Notes under the pieces: model-generated
Told to the model about the DNA's origin: nothing
Databases searched by the model: none
What the model saw: only the letters and a program-made list of their open reading frames with translations
Part shown: positions 13,683 through 30,370 of the stretch, in pieces
Layout of the letters: each line of letters opens with the position of its first letter
How positions within the stretch are numbered: position 1 is the stretch's first letter
Source: Auanema rhodensis
Lineage: Eukaryota > Animalia > Nematoda
DNA length: 64,000 nucleotides
Reading direction: 5' to 3'
Assembly: GCA_964057225.1 (NCBI GenBank)
Contig: OZ059895.1
Span: 17,050,001-17,114,000, forward strand
Program-made: the position numbers and the translations under genes

Positions 13683-14419
13683 GGGAAAGAGAGGTTTCGA
13701 CAGTAATGTAGAACTTGAAGCTTGAACCTATAAGCTTGGAACAACACGAAGACAATACGAAGAGGCAGAGACGAAATCTTTTTTTTTTACTTTTTTTTGT
13801 CAAACAATCCATAACCAAAAGCATTTTGAACATGAAAAATGCTTTGAATTTGCTATTTATGCTGTGATCTATTATCCTATAGCCATAGGTTATAAGCCAT
13901 ACAGATGCTTATGTTCATCTTCCTGACTTTAATGGGTTTCAATGGGTCACGATATACGAATAAGCTTTGCTAGCATAAGATAGTCACAAAATCCTCTTCG
14001 TTTTCCGGATGTTTGAGCATGCTTGAAACATTAACATCCTTTGTTTCTGCTTATTAGGATAATCTATTGAATATATTCATTTTATTTATTTATATTCAGG
14101 AAGTTTCAAGTTTAATGAGTATCATTAAGCTTGAAAGTTGGACTAGTTACAACTTGAGATCAGATTAAAAATCTCTTCATAACTTCAAACAACAACAACA
14201 ACGTAGTGTTTAGTAGACTGAATAAAGCTTGAATACCATATTTCGTACCAAAAAAAAAGAAAATTTGAAAAAGAAAATAAACGAAAGAAGGAAAATTCAA
14301 ATGGCATATCTCTCAAAGCGAAAAAGAAGCTTAACGGAAAACGTACCAGCATCTGTGGGCGCAGTAAAACCGTAGATAAGAATTGCAATCACAATCAGGC
14401 CGAAATGCATTTTCGGCAT
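5860..14419 (-). CDS. ins-18: Insulin-like peptide INS-18; exons 14419-14347, 6741-6634 and 5972-5860
   Basis: Exons join in phase (73+108+113 = 294 nt). They give signal peptide MPKMHFGLIVIAILIYGFTAPTDA, B chain DGRLRMCPPGGSSFTMAWSMAC, RRKR..RR cleavage sites and A chain ALVAPSIRQLQTICCDVGCTVNDLLSYC, closely resembling recalled C. elegans INS-18. Exon 1 is inferred from phase and signal peptide only. Confidence 0.9.
10229..10295. repeat. (GA)n microsatellite in ins-18 intron 1
   Basis: Direct reading; similar tracts near 6973, 9508, 12254, 13640, 14828, 15072, 16414 and 16990. Confidence 0.95.
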
Positions 14420-14821
14420 CCAAATGAGCTAGACCTAACAACTCAAACCGAACCGGCTCCGCCTTTTTTACTCATGTCATTTATGGATTGCTCCGCCCAC
14501 TTTTCCGGATCTGTCTTTCTCCTCCCACTTTTTGAGCTTCGTCTATTTTGTAATATTTTTTTGCTTTGATAGTTACTTCAGGATGAGAATAAATAAAGAT
14601 AAAATAAAAGTAAAAAAAAAGAAGAAAAATTAATGGAAAAAAGAGGAAATTAAATTATCGAAAAGAGTTAAAAGAGATAGATAGATACAGAGAGAGAGAG
14701 AGAGGTAGAATAAAACAGAGAGAGAGAGAGATTATAAAGAGAGAATCTAAACAACGAGATATAGACTTCGAGTGTTTGATGTTATTGCATCACATAAATT
14801 GCTTGTGTATGTTGCATGTAT

Positions 14822-14885
<64 letters not shown>

Positions 14886-15071
14886 GATAGATGTAGATCT
14901 AAGTTTGGATCCTATTTACTGATTATGATATTCTATTAAGGAACTTGAGCTTATACAATAGGTTGCAAAGTAAAAATAAGATTCTTCAGGTTCAAAATAG
15001 TTTAAGCGGATACGTTGGACAAAGAGATATGTACGTATGTTTATGTATAGTTTGATACACATACATACATA

Positions 15072-15136
<65 letters not shown>

Positions 15137-15661
15137 ACAAGTAAATGGATATTCATGAATTGTGAAAAAAACGTGTATGAAGGAGACATTATAGGTAAAC
15201 TTGATTATAGGTATAGTTAAAGCTTAAGACTTATACAATTCTTTTTGAATAGAATGAACTTTCAACATACATCATTGAACTTTTAATTTATTTTAATCAA
15301 AAAATATATTTAATATATTCTTTGATTATTAATATTTTGTGTTAAGAATATTAGTATATGTATGTATGTATGATTGTCGATTAAAAGTTTGAAAGAAGAA
15401 GTAAATACATACATCCAAACAAAGTTTCATCTTTGCTCAAATGTCCTTTTCTTGTTCAGCATTATAAGTCATTTTTCAACATCGTCAATCTCATCATCAT
15501 GTAGTTGATGTTGACTCTCTTCCTTCTTTTCTCTCTCTCTCTCTATCTTTCAGCCATATATGAATATATATTTCATTTTTGTTTCACTTCTACTACTTAA
15601 ATCCACAAAATCGTCCATTGGCTGTTCAAATTATTTTACGAAAAGTATAATATTTCAGACA

Positions 15662-16408
15662 ATGGGTGTTTTTAGTACAGGACTTCGTTATGTTTTGAAA
15701 GATTTTTCATGTTGGACATCAACTCATGGAGTACCGCATATTGGTATGGCTAACGCTCTCTGGTTAAGGTATGTATACATCGTATCTAGTATCTCTTTAA
15801 CTATCTTTGTATCTGCAAGTTTTGCAATAACGACTTCTTACTCTTCTTTCTGAGATAATTACTAAGATATTTACACCAATAAAGAGAGAATGAGGGCGGC
15901 GAAGGAGGGACAAGATGACTAAAAGGAAAAACGATAGAGAGGGTGTTTGAACTGGGGGGGAGTTGGTGGGAGAAAGGAAAAAAAGAAAGGAGAACCGAAA
16001 GACGAAGGCAGTATTTGGGAGATAGAAGGAAAGAAAGAAAGTTGAAATGAGTAGGAGTACAACACATACACTAGACGCCATCATCATATAAGCTCGAATG
16101 AAGCTAACCAACTAGAAACGGTTGTTACAGGACATTCTGGATTTTGGTGGTGCTATGCTGTATCGGAGCATTCGTATGGCAGTTACAAACGTTATTGGCA
16201 AAATATTTTGCTTACCTTGTCAATACAGAGACAAAGGTAAATTAATTTTTAATTTTTAATGAAAATCATCAAACATGTGTGGAATGCTTCAGCTTCAATT
16301 CTCTGAACGAGTATTTCCTACAGTAACTATATGTCATCTGAATCCGTGGAAAGTAGAAGAAGCAATGAAACATAGTGAAATGAGGAAACTGGTAAGATTT
16401 AGAGGAAT

Positions 16409-16465
<57 letters not shown>

Positions 16466-16983
16466 TTTCACTACTACTATTACAGATAAACAGCTATAAC
16501 ACTCACAGCAATGATTCAACATTCGGATTTACAGAAGGCTTAACTGGCGAACGACAACGTACAGCAGCTAAGTGGACGTCATTTTATGGTGAAAGCTTGT
16601 TGGAGAATAATCCCAATACAGTAAGTTTGATAAGGAGAAATGTATTTGATATACAGCTGGAAATGCTCTACGATTTAAGTTGTAATTTACTCTTTAACTT
16701 ATGCTTTATAGGCTTATTCATATGAAGATCTAATTATCAGTTGTACATATGATGCCAAGTCATGTAATTCCAGGTATGTTATTGAAATAAAGAAAGAAAA
16801 ATGTTTTTTTTCGTCTTTGAGTTTTGTCATCTATTGTTCTTGAAACTATTCATAAAGTAGAAATAAGGTGAACGCTTCTATGCTTATGCTCTTTCGAGCT
16901 ATAGACTCTTAGCTATAGACCACAGAAAAAAAAAGAATTTTTGAAGTTGAAAAAACAATTTAAGTATTTCAATCTTGATCTTA

Positions 16984-17045
<62 letters not shown>

Positions 17046-18798
17046 CTGTTTTATTCTCTTTGTATCTCTTTGTCTCTCTCCCTCTACTATTCTCTCTCTC
17101 TCTCCTTCTTCTATACTCTCTTTCCCTCTCTTATTCTGTCCTAAGATTTCTCTAGCTTTCAAACCTTTTTATAAATGTTGATTTCTTCCTTGAAAGTAGA
17201 TAAACAGATACGAGCTTGAACTGACTGAATTGGTTGAGTTGACAGAGTTATGTCATATCTACAATACGGCTTTTCATGCCTTTTCCTGACAAAATTTTCT
17301 CAATAATTTCAAGCGTTTTCAGCATATTTCAGTCAGTCCCGGATTCTACATATGGCATTTGTCATAAATTCAACTATAATGAGTATTATATATCGTCAAG
17401 AGCTGGTTAGTTATACCTCTCTGTATTCTTATTTACGGAATTAAAGCTTGAATAAACATATTTCTGGTATAAAGTAAGCTTTTTTTCCTTTCAGGACCCT
17501 TATATGGTCTACGTTTAGTGCTTGAAGTTGATCAGAATCGATATCTGCCTTGGACTGAAACAGCTGGTGTCGTCATCAACATTCATGCGAAAGTAGGCTA
17601 AATGTCTTTCCTATTCGATGGCTTATTTGAAGCTGAACGATGATGATAATGATGCTGATAAATGCTATTCTACATTCATAATCAGGAGTATATAGTATAC
17701 GGATGATAGATGTAATTCAGGATGAGATACCATATCCAGATGTTTTGGGATATTTTGCGCCTCCAGGCACAGCATCATCTATGGGTGTACGCTTTCTAAC
17801 AACAACACGTTGCCCTCATCCATATGGAACATGTACTCAGCAATCTGAATTGAAAACGGACCATTTTGAAGGATATTACGCTGTAAGTTTATGGAAAATG
17901 TTTATTTTCGTTTTTTTCCACTTACTTCTATACTAATTTTCAACTCTTACACTCTCTCTCTCTCTCTTCTTTTTGAAAAGAACAAAGAAAAAGTTCTTTG
18001 ATCAAAACCAAAACATGCTATATATAAACTTAGAAATCAATCACTAATCCATTCATATTTTCTATGTGATGTCTTTTCAGGTTGAAGCTTGTTTTCGATC
18101 GTGCCTTCAAACAAAAATTGTCGAGAAATGTAATTGCTATGATCCAGCATATCCTCATGCCGAAAACATCTCCAGTTGTTCTGATGCACAAGATACTGTG
18201 ACGTTAGCCCTAAACAGTATGTTGTGTTGCTGAGCTGAGCGTGTCCACCCACTCACTTCGCCACACAGGCGACACGTGTGTTTCTGTGCATCACATCTAT
18301 GCAGCAACTCCTCATAAGCTTCTCCTTCAGCATCGACATCATGCTAGAAACTTAACGAGTTAACACTTTTTTCCTGCAATTTTTTATGTTTGTTCAGACC
18401 TAAATGTGATCGCATGAACTCATTCATAAGCCATTATGCTTCATCTTTTGTTTTAGTGAATTGCATTGAGAGTGTCTCAGGACCGACTTCTGACTTCAAC
18501 GTTATTCGTGACTGTTCATGCCCTCAGCCTTGCGAGTATGTAGTAATTTTAACTCTTAAATATGCTTTTTGATGCATTTTAAATTAATTTTTTCTTTAAA
18601 ATTTTGTTTGGAATAAGAAAAATTGATTTTAACGACATTGAGTAATTGCAGAGTCGATACGTATAGCGTGACTGTGTCGACAGCTAGATGGCCATCACCT
18701 TCATATATTGTCAGTTATGTATTTGAATTAAGGAAAAATCAGTGAAGAAAAACACTGAAATAAATGAAATATTTTCAAAAGAAAATTCAAAAGAGAGA

Positions 18799-18891
<93 letters not shown>

Positions 18892-19975
18892 GGAGAGAGA
18901 AGGGGAGAGAGAGAGATCGGGGGAGGGAGGGACAAGGAGAGACTCTAGAAAGCTCATAACTCTACTAAGAAAGAAGGATAAGCTACTATGTGAGGGGTGG
19001 GAAAAAAGTTGAAAAAGTCATGAAAGGAACTAAAACTTGAGATAATAGCATGAAACTAGAAAACAATGTACTTTTGCTCATAATAAAGAAAAAAAAACAT
19101 TTTTTGACCTCAAAAAAGAAAATACAATTGAAAATCTAATCAACTAATTGAATTATTAAATTAAATTAATATAATATGGACTTTTGTGGACAAAAAATGC
19201 TGGAAAAAAGTTTTTGTTTTCAGCCGAATGAGTGCAATGATCCAAATGTGACGATAAAATCGGAATGCCAAACCAAGTACAAGGATCATTCACTTTTGGT
19301 TGAAATTTATTATGAACGAATGAACTATCAAGTTTTAACGGAAACTCCAGCTTATTCGGTAAGTTTTTGGTTAAACAGGCTGCAACGTTTTGCAAACTTA
19401 AAAGATTTAAATTGCATTAAAGTTCAAGTTGATACGTATAGCATTTGGTTTCGTTGGTTTGTAATCATAAAATCTATATTTAACTCAAGTTTTATATGCT
19501 AATATAGCTGTAAATCATAGTATTATGCTCAGCTTAATCAGCGACATATTCATGCTGCGTTTTGCAGCTTGTAAACTTGGTTTCCGATATTGGTGGACAG
19601 GTCGGCTTGTTCCTTGGAATGTCAATCATATCACTAATTGAATTTGGTTTTCTCATAATTCTAGTTTGTACTTATTGTGCTACACACCGAAAACGGCGAG
19701 TGCAATTAGAAGATTTGGATCAGGCACGTCGACGAGCTAAGGTTAGACCTTCTGAAACTGCAACAAAAATAATTTCTTTTTTCGTTTTTTCTCGTTTTTT
19801 TCACATTAACTATACTAATTATATTTAGGAAGATGTTGACCTGACTAGAAGAAAGGCTGAAAAGGAAAAAGAAAAAACGGAAAAGGCTGAAAAACAAACG
19901 AAAAAAGCTAAAGAAAGCCTGTATGATGATGATGGCTTTGATCCAGCTCCACCAGCAATTGCAAATTCAGATTAA
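15662..19975 (+). CDS. del-4: DEG/ENaC family channel subunit, DEL-4-like, multi-exon
   Basis: N-terminus MGVFSTGLRYVLKDFSCWTSTHGVPHIGMANALWLR with the HG motif, post-TM1 FPTVTICHLNPWK, Cys-rich ectodomain (CSCPQPC) and pre-TM2/TM2 NLVSDIGGQVGLFLGMSIISLIEF with the GxS filter; TAA at 19973-19975. The family is certain; the del-4 call rests on the recalled N-terminus and adjacency to ins-18. Confidence 0.8.
18792..18916. repeat. (GA)n microsatellite in a del-4 intron
   Basis: Direct reading. Confidence 0.95.
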
Positions 19976-22852
19976 CGATTCGGCAATATGATCATGTATT
20001 TGAGCTTTTTACTATATTTTGACTAAATTTCCAAATAAAAATTTGTTTATTGTTGTTTGAAGAACTAATTTTAACTTCCAATTATTTGTTCAATTATACA
20101 CTTTGTTGAGAGTTGATGCTGTTGTCCTCTTGTCGTGTGGTGGCTCGTCACCTATGGTCGATCAGCGCTAGCTGATGGCATTGGTGTAGGACAACGGGAT
20201 GGAAGAAAAAAGAAAAGGCAAGTTGAAGTTTTGAAAGAGGGAGACAGAAGTGGTGGGATCTGAAGAGAAGAAGGGGGGGGGGCGAGAGGATGAATTAAGC
20301 TTCTGAACATGAGCATAAAACAAGACATTTTGTCTTTTTTGTGTTTTCTTAAACAAAGTTTTAAATAATTGATTTTGTTTTTTTTTTGCTATTTTGAGCA
20401 TGCCATTGAGTTGAGAGGGAAAAAGCGCACATGAAGAGAGGGAGAGAAAGAAATATTCAGGTTTGATGTATGTTGTCCTAAACAACATGACTTTTGGTAT
20501 CAATAAGCCGTATCAAGAGGTACTATAGTGAAGTTTAAATCCAGGACGATGATCAGAAAGATCATTTGTTTTGCTTTATATGCTTATGAAAGTGTTTTAG
20601 AATTGTTGAAACATGTTGAACATGCTGCTGCTATACGATGTCCCCAAGTATAGAGAGCTTGAACCTTTTTTTTGTGAAAAAAAAAGAAAAAAAAAAGCTC
20701 TTTCAAGCCGTCCAAATCTGAAATAAAAATTTAAGTATTCTTTTACCAGAAACTTTTCTGTTAACAGCAATCAGCAATATTACACTCGATTTTTATATGC
20801 TGAATGAGCTTCTCATCCTCTCTTTCTATCTCTGTTTCTCTCTCTCTCTCTCATTTTCTTACACATCCATAACATCTATTTCAATCTTTTTCTCTCTATT
20901 ATCCTCTTTCTATCTTATTTTGTCTTTTGCTTTCTGCTGTTCATCTTGTCCGCCCTCGCATTGAACACAAACAATCAAAGAAATAGATATTGAAAAGAAG
21001 TGAATTTGATGAAAATGGAACAGAATTAATTAGTTAATTGTTTATTTGTAAGTTAACTATATGTATAGTTAGTTAGGTAAAAGACTTCAGAATTAAAGGA
21101 CAATTAGATGTGAAATTGTGTTTGTGGAATTATTTCCAAAACAACTGTTGATACGAGGTAGAAGATGACATACAATGACAGTCAAATTCAGAATTTAATT
21201 CGAACACGATGATCTGGCAACGAGGAAGTCGAAACAGAAGTTTTCAAGACTTATACTATGCATCATCCGAATACTAATTGAACTGAAAGTAATACAAACA
21301 TTCGTAAATCTTAAAAATGAATTTAGAATCCTTGAAAGAGAAAAAGAGAGGGAGAGAGAGAGATATGTGAAGGGTTGACTCCCAGGAAAACATTGGCAAT
21401 ATCGTCATCTACTGAGATTGATCTCGTATGAGATACAACAGAGAGAAAAGACACGAAAAACATAAGAGATGAGCATAAGGTATCGGAAGAGATTCAAAGA
21501 TTAAGAAAACGACGAGATATATGCCTTCAGGCCATTTTTACACTCGTTCAACACCCTCAGTTCTCTTCCTAACTCTATCTCTCTCAGCAATTCTCTATGC
21601 CAACTGCCACCATCGTCGCGTCCTCGAGGCCAGCCATCGAAACAGATATCGAAGAAGACATGATATTTCTACCTCGTTCTCTGATCAATATGAAGCTTAT
21701 CAATGTGTAGTTTTAGTTCATTATGCTCAAACATTACAATCAATAACGATTTTTTTCATTTAAGTCATTATTTTTCTCATAATTTTCATATTTGTCACAC
21801 TACAATTTGAGTTATTTCATTGTTTTTTGTTCAAAAACTATTGGATATATAGTTCAGTTTTCACGACAAATTCTTCTTTTTTTTTTCTTAAATTCGCCTT
21901 CATCTTCTTCGCCTTCTACTTCATCCTCAGCTCATCTTCATCTCTATCAGCACCTTCTCTCTCTCTCTCTCTATCTCTCTCACTCTCTCTCACTGGTAAC
22001 ACCTTCAATGTCTCCCGTTAGTGATCATATACATTCTTGTTCTTATTCGTCTTCTTACTCATCATATTCAGATTCAGACGATGACTCAAGAATCTGAAAC
22101 AAAAAACTTTTATTTGTGTTACCTTACCAGCTTATATTCAAAATCATATTCTACAACTTGAATCGTAAACTACTGCCGCCTATTACCTAATCATCAACAC
22201 ACATACATACAGATGTATACATTCACATATACTTTTAACTATATAATAGAACAAATAATTCATATTTCTATATTATACTATACGATTAGAGTTTAATTTT
22301 TCTTTTCAAATATTCAATTCAACTATATTCTCATTCACTTCTTGTATATTTACATTTCCGATTATTTCAAATCAACTTCAATCACCATGAACTCTACTTT
22401 CTCTCCATAAACTACTTCATTTTTCCATTCAATTTTATATATTTAAACATATTTGTTGTCCAAAAATTGATTGATTTTTCTTTTTTTTTCTATTTAAAAA
22501 AAAAGATTTTTATTAATTGTGTATGTTACTCAGCATATTGCTATTCATCTGTTTTCAATCAAGTCTTTTTACTTCAGCACATGCTCTTTCATATTTTCAC
22601 CCTCTCTCTCTCTCTATTCCTTTCTCTCTCTCTTTCTCTCTCTCTCTCTTTATCTCTTCATCTCTCAAGTTTATTTCCCTTTCTTCTAATTTTCATGTTT
22701 TTAGAGCATTTTATTTAAATTGTTTCATCTTTTCATCATCTAAGTTCACTTGATTTATCATTCCACAATGTTTTTGTTTCCTGCAATTCAGTTGTATATG
22801 AAAATCAAATTTCTTATGCTTTTATAGGCTTTTCATATTTCAAACTTGAAAT

Positions 22853-24657
<1,805 letters not shown>

Positions 24658-26663
24658 CCAAAATTCTTTCATTTAACTAGCAAATCTCACAAAAAAATTT
24701 TGTTTTTCTTTTATTTTTAAGCTTAACATGCTGGATAAGCTTGTCATCAAACTTGTATTGATTTTAAATATTTTTTTTTTGTGGAAAAAATCATTATCGA
24801 TATTGCTTAAAAAGAAAAATATTCTGACAAACAACTAAATAGCTAATATATATTTTGTATTTCATTTTTCTTTTTTTTTTTAATTTTCAATATTTTTTAT
24901 GGAAATTTTAACTTTATAAATAAATATTTTTTCTATTAACTATATGTTATAATTTTATAAACATATATGTATATATACATATGTTATATGTAGATTGATC
25001 AACCCTATTGAGAAGAGAAGAGACAAGAAGGATAGGCTGGGTGAGAACCAAGCTGTTGTGTATGTGCTTAAGTATGGCTCGGGTTGTTATAAGGGATCAT
25101 TGGGTAAATGGAAGAGAGAATAGGGTAGCTTGTGTGCTCGTAGTTGGAATAGTAGAAGTAGTAGTAGCATCTCTACTGTTTGTGCTTCAACCATTATTAA
25201 AGATTTTACAAAATTTTCATTGAAAATGGTTGAAAAGGAGAGAGAGAGAGAGAGAGAGGGGTGACGATATTAAGGGCTACAAGTAACGAGAGAGGAATGA
25301 GAAACAGAGGAGGAGGTGGAAAAACGTAAGGAGAGAAGAATGAGAGAGAAAATTGGAAACATTTTTTGTTGTTAATGGAAGTGTGACAGGATGGCTGATG
25401 ATGTTTATCTAAAGGACACCTGATGTTTACGTGAATGAGGTAATACAAATAAACAAAGCTAGCTATTAACTATATATGAGGTAAACTATGCTTTTAATTA
25501 TAATTTATATTATATTGATTATATTATAAATTTACTTTTTATTTTCTTCTTATGTATTACAAATTTTGAATGTTCCCTTTGATGGTATGATCGAGCGGAA
25601 AGATGGAACCCGAGGATAAGAATGAATGAACCAAAAGCTTATTCTTGTTCCTCATTCATCTGCTGATTGCCTGGTCTTTGTCAACGGTGTCGCCGATGAC
25701 GATGTTCATACTACAGAATAAAAGAAGAAATCAATAAAAGCTACGAAGAAATCGGATACTCTCGAAGAAGCAGAGAGGGAGGGATGGTTAGGAAGGAAAG
25801 AGAGAGAGAGAGACGATTGAAAGCAAATGAGAGAAGTAGAGATGAAGCAAGAATAGTATGGATGTTGTATGTAAAGACATAACGACGGTGACGCTGAAGT
25901 AACTCGGCTGCGAGACACAACGAAGCAGAAGCAGAAGCAGCTTGACGTCAACCGCGACGCGATGAAGTCAGGACGAATTGTGCATTTGACAAAGCTTAGA
26001 GAAGTCGCTATCGCTGTCAACGTTAACGATGGCTTTCTGATTTGAATTGTAAGATAATGAAATAACGATATGGTTGATGAAGATGAAAACGAAATTCAAA
26101 TTCGTTCAAGCTGATCTGGCACAATGCCATGTACACAGACAGACAGACAGACACAGACATTTGGTTTCATGAGCTGAGCCTTAATATTCACAGAATATCG
26201 TGCCAAATGCTTAACCTTTCAACATCCCACTACAAACACTACCAGCAGTAGCAGCAACGGTATCCGATTTCAGTATATATAGGTTCATCGTTTACGCTAT
26301 CTAACCCTTCTCACCTTGATCACACTCACTATGTAGCGAAAAAAAACAGAAAAACGAGAAAATAGTCAAGTTTAGTGTATCTTTGTCATTCTTAGGATAT
26401 ATGTCATACACTCTAACCATATATATTATAGTTAAAATGAAGTATAATATGCATTTTTGCCATGCTCATACAGCTTGTTTCAGCCAGCCCATCACTTTAA
26501 TCAAATGGGCGTGGCTTAAATTGCTCTATGGGCGTGGTCTTTTAGCCCTACTGCTCAGCCTAAGGATACGGTAGGGCCAGCTGACTGGCTCAGCCCATTG
26601 TATACAATTAGCCGTCCTGACTACGAAATTGACGACAACGACAACGAAATCGACGACTACAAC

Positions 26664-26717
26664 ATGCAACACGGATCAGCTTCTGGTGCTGGTGGTCTGT
26701 CAACTGTAAGTCAACAG
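26664..26717 (+). CDS. eya-1: Candidate alternative distal first coding exon of eya-1 (MQHGSASGAGGLSTVSQQ)
   Basis: ATG at 26664 with two phase-0 donors (GTAAGT at 26706, GTAGGT at 26718), compatible with the phase-0 acceptor at 30521 (GAC GAT AGT). Preceded by a GC-rich motif cluster. Confidence 0.5.
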
Positions 26718-29700
26718 GTAGGTGTCGTGTCATACTAGTCGGCCGTCAAATAACAGAAAAAAAGAATTTTTATTATTTCCCTGTTCCATCTTTACCTTCT
26801 TTTTCTATTTTTATAATCAATTATGTGTTTCATATCTTGTTGTTTAAGCACATTTAACTAGTTTATTTTACAAGCAATATGCTGTTTTCTATGCGTTATA
26901 TTGAATTTTCCAAAGAAAAGCTTATTCGAGCAGACTTTCAAAGCATTTTTTTCGTTTTTGTTTAGCAAGCGAGCATATTTTCTTTTAATTTTGAATGTAA
27001 TAGATGATGTTGTACCCTTTATTTCTTTTTTTCCTCATCAGTTCTCATCTTATTCTATTGATTTTAACTAAGTTTAATCAGGAAAATGGTTTGTATGTAA
27101 TATGGAAAGTAAAGAAAAGAGGGACAGCTGGTTATGAGAGAAGGAGGTAGAGGGAAAAAGAGTGAAACTGAAAGAGAGAGATATAGAGAGAGAGAGAAAG
27201 AGAGAGAAAGGAAAAAGGAAGACAAGACAAATAAGGAAAGAGCTTCTGATCGATTGTGCATGCGTCTAGCTTCGTAAGTGTTTACGTTCATCATCTGTTT
27301 TTCTCATCCGCTTCTGGAGCTATTCTGGAAATCTGAGAGTGATTAAGCTGGCGCTTATACCTATGGGGATGTCAGGCTTCGTCTGATTGAGTTCAGCTAA
27401 AACCTGCTCAAATCAATGTAGCTGTATTCATAGTTTATTCATTGCTATTGTGACAATGAACTTGTAAGATGATTTTAATCGTCAAAATGAGGTCAAAAAC
27501 TAAAAGAGAAAGGATGAAGGTAAAGATAGATGGAATGGGAGAATAAGAGACATTAAGGGGAATAAGGCAAAGAAGCTGCAAGCCAGAGAAGGAGAGCAAG
27601 ACATAGTTAGAGAGTAGAGTCATACAGAGGAAAAACGAACGGATTGGGTTACCAGCCGGGTGGTACTCTCCTTCTACCTCTCTCCCTCTCTCTCTATATC
27701 TTTCTCCATGTCTTGTTGTCTTTCCATCTCAAAATTCCCGATTTCTCTCTTTTAATTCTTTAGCTCTTCCTCTCTCTCTCTTTCTGTTACATGCATAACT
27801 TTTTTTTCTTTCTGTCTCTCTCTCTCTCTCTTTTTTTCCCTTTCTCTCTCTCTCCCTCTCTCTCAACTTACTCTTTCCCTCTTTCATTTTCTTTTTCACG
27901 ATTCCTTTCACGCTTCAAATTCATTGTTCAAAACGTTTCACTCTTTTATCGACAGCACGAAACACGTACAACATTCCTAATCTTACATCATCATCATCAT
28001 CATCATCATAATTTCATTTTTCTACTTTTCTCAGCTTTAACATCATTAGTAAAATTGAAATTTGACCTTCTATATGCTCAATGGCCTCATCTTCATCAGT
28101 TTAGTTTAGAAAACAAAATTAAAAAATTATATAAATAATTGCTTACAACTCTCTTAACACGTCTGTGTCCTCAGCTTTACAGTATGCCTTGCAGCACTTT
28201 TTTCGTTCCTTCTTCATCTTCTTCATCATACCTCGGCCGACCTTTGAAATCTCTGAAGCCGGTATATCGAGTTCAGTATCTTCTGCTTTGTACTTTATCG
28301 TCCGAAAACTTGCTTATCTTCTATCTTCTGTATATTTTCCTTAAATTCATTCAAAGCTCCCATTCATCCGGGAGCTTACTGATGTGGTAACTGAATACGG
28401 TTTCAGTGCCCTTACCGACATAGCTTAAACGAGATGATCGTTCAACAGACGTTTTTACACATTTGGGCTTTGAAGACTAAGCGCGCGAGAGGTATGAGGC
28501 TAATGAAAAGGAAAAAAGAAAGAAAGAGAGAGAGAGAAAAAAAGAAAGAAGCAACTACCGAACTAGTGAGAGATCAGCAACTTAGAATGTAGAAGGCCCG
28601 AAGAAGAGATAGCCCGAGCTTTATCAAAGGGATAGAAGGAGAAGAAGAAGTTATAGAGCAAAGGTGTGACCGACCTTAAGATCTTCTTTCTTGTAAGCAG
28701 AACAAGAGCAACTACTCATCATCCCAACAGCTAATTAGTATTCTCCAAGCATCTCTACTACAACTATCTCACCATTTGATTTGTCATTTCTCTTACATTT
28801 CTTTCATTTTTTAATTTTTTTTCATCCTATGATCTATGTACGTTTCAAATATTCTATATATAATATACAGTATACCAAGAAGAGATGTTAGTGTTGTTCT
28901 CAAAACCTTGTATATCCTATAGTTCTTGCAAATCATGTCCAAGCTGGTAGTTGGATTGGCTTTTACACAGACATATTGAGATAAGCAGAATGACAGACGC
29001 TTGATTCATCTGTATACTTTGTGTGCTTTTCTGATTCATTATTCCAGCTCCATCTGCCACATCTCTCTGTTATCAGAGACACGTGAGGAAGCATCATTGA
29101 GACCATTAAGGAGGTCGTTGAATAGAGCTTTTAAGATATCATATCTCAGTACTTCAACTTCTATATTTCTGATCATTATAATTAGCATAAATAGATATAT
29201 ATATATATATATGTATAGTTAATATAATTAGAATAATATTATTCTTTAGTTAAATATTCAGAAAATGATCTTTCTAATGTTTCAAGTGCAAGTTATTATA
29301 CATATAGATAAGTCTAATTTATCTCCTTGTATCATCATGAGACCATATTATTAGACGATTATCCATTCTGACTCTTTCCACTCCATATTGCTCATCTTCT
29401 CAATTCCTCGAAGACAACATAAACACCTGTCCCAACAACTCCTCCTGCTGTCTGTTCATCTTCTCCTTTATCGTCGTCCACTTCTCCATCTTCTTAACCC
29501 CTTAATCCGTTTTTCAGGATATCAAGTGTTCTCAAGCATATCGTATCGTTTCATCATTGTTTTCTTCTAAATATTGTAACTTCTTCCTTAATACAACCGA
29601 TCTTCACGCTTGTCTCAAATCAAAATGAATTTTGAAACTGCATTTCACGTGAAAATGACGTGAAAATGACGTGAACTTATCGTGTGTTATACGGTAAATG

Positions 29701-30370
29701 ATACTACCATTACTTTTATTAAGAATTGCTATTCTCATCGTGAAATAGCAATTTCGAAGAAAGAAGTTCAAATGATGAAGAAGGAGAAGCTTTCGCGTCA
29801 AATTGTACTACCATTGTGTCAATTTCAAGTTCAATGTGTACATTAAAATTACAAAAATTGGTTTTCTCACCTTCTTTTCTATTTTTCTCTCACTCTCTCG
29901 CTCTCTCCCTGCAACTCCCTCGTATTACTATCTTCACTATCTTGAACATATCCTATTCATCTTTTTCAAACTTAATTTATAACAGTTATTACTTCAAATC
30001 TGTAAAGCTTATCAAGCTACTCGTCTTCATCTCTCTTTCCGCAATCTGGGTTATCGCTCCAGCTGTGAGTAATAACCTTGTCTGCTCAATGCTTATACGT
30101 TTGTATGATATATCTCTAACTCTCTTTCTCCCTCCTCCTGTATGCCTTAGATCCTTCTTAAGAGCTCTTTCTTTTCTGCCTTCTGCCCTCCCAGATCCCT
30201 CTCACCTGGCCCCTTGCAAGCGCGACATCGCGCGCGATTTTCGGATTCCAGGCCACACCACCGTCACAGTAATAGCCTGAACGGTACACGGTGACTTCAT
30301 TCATAACCCCACATTTCCATCACACGCTATTTTCTGAGCTCTCTTAAGAAAACCCTATAAGCTATTCCAT

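Noticed and set aside
16899-19012. Track ORFs rich in ERERER or SLSLSL, here and elsewhere
   Set aside because: They are translations of (GA/CT)n microsatellites, which lack stop codons.
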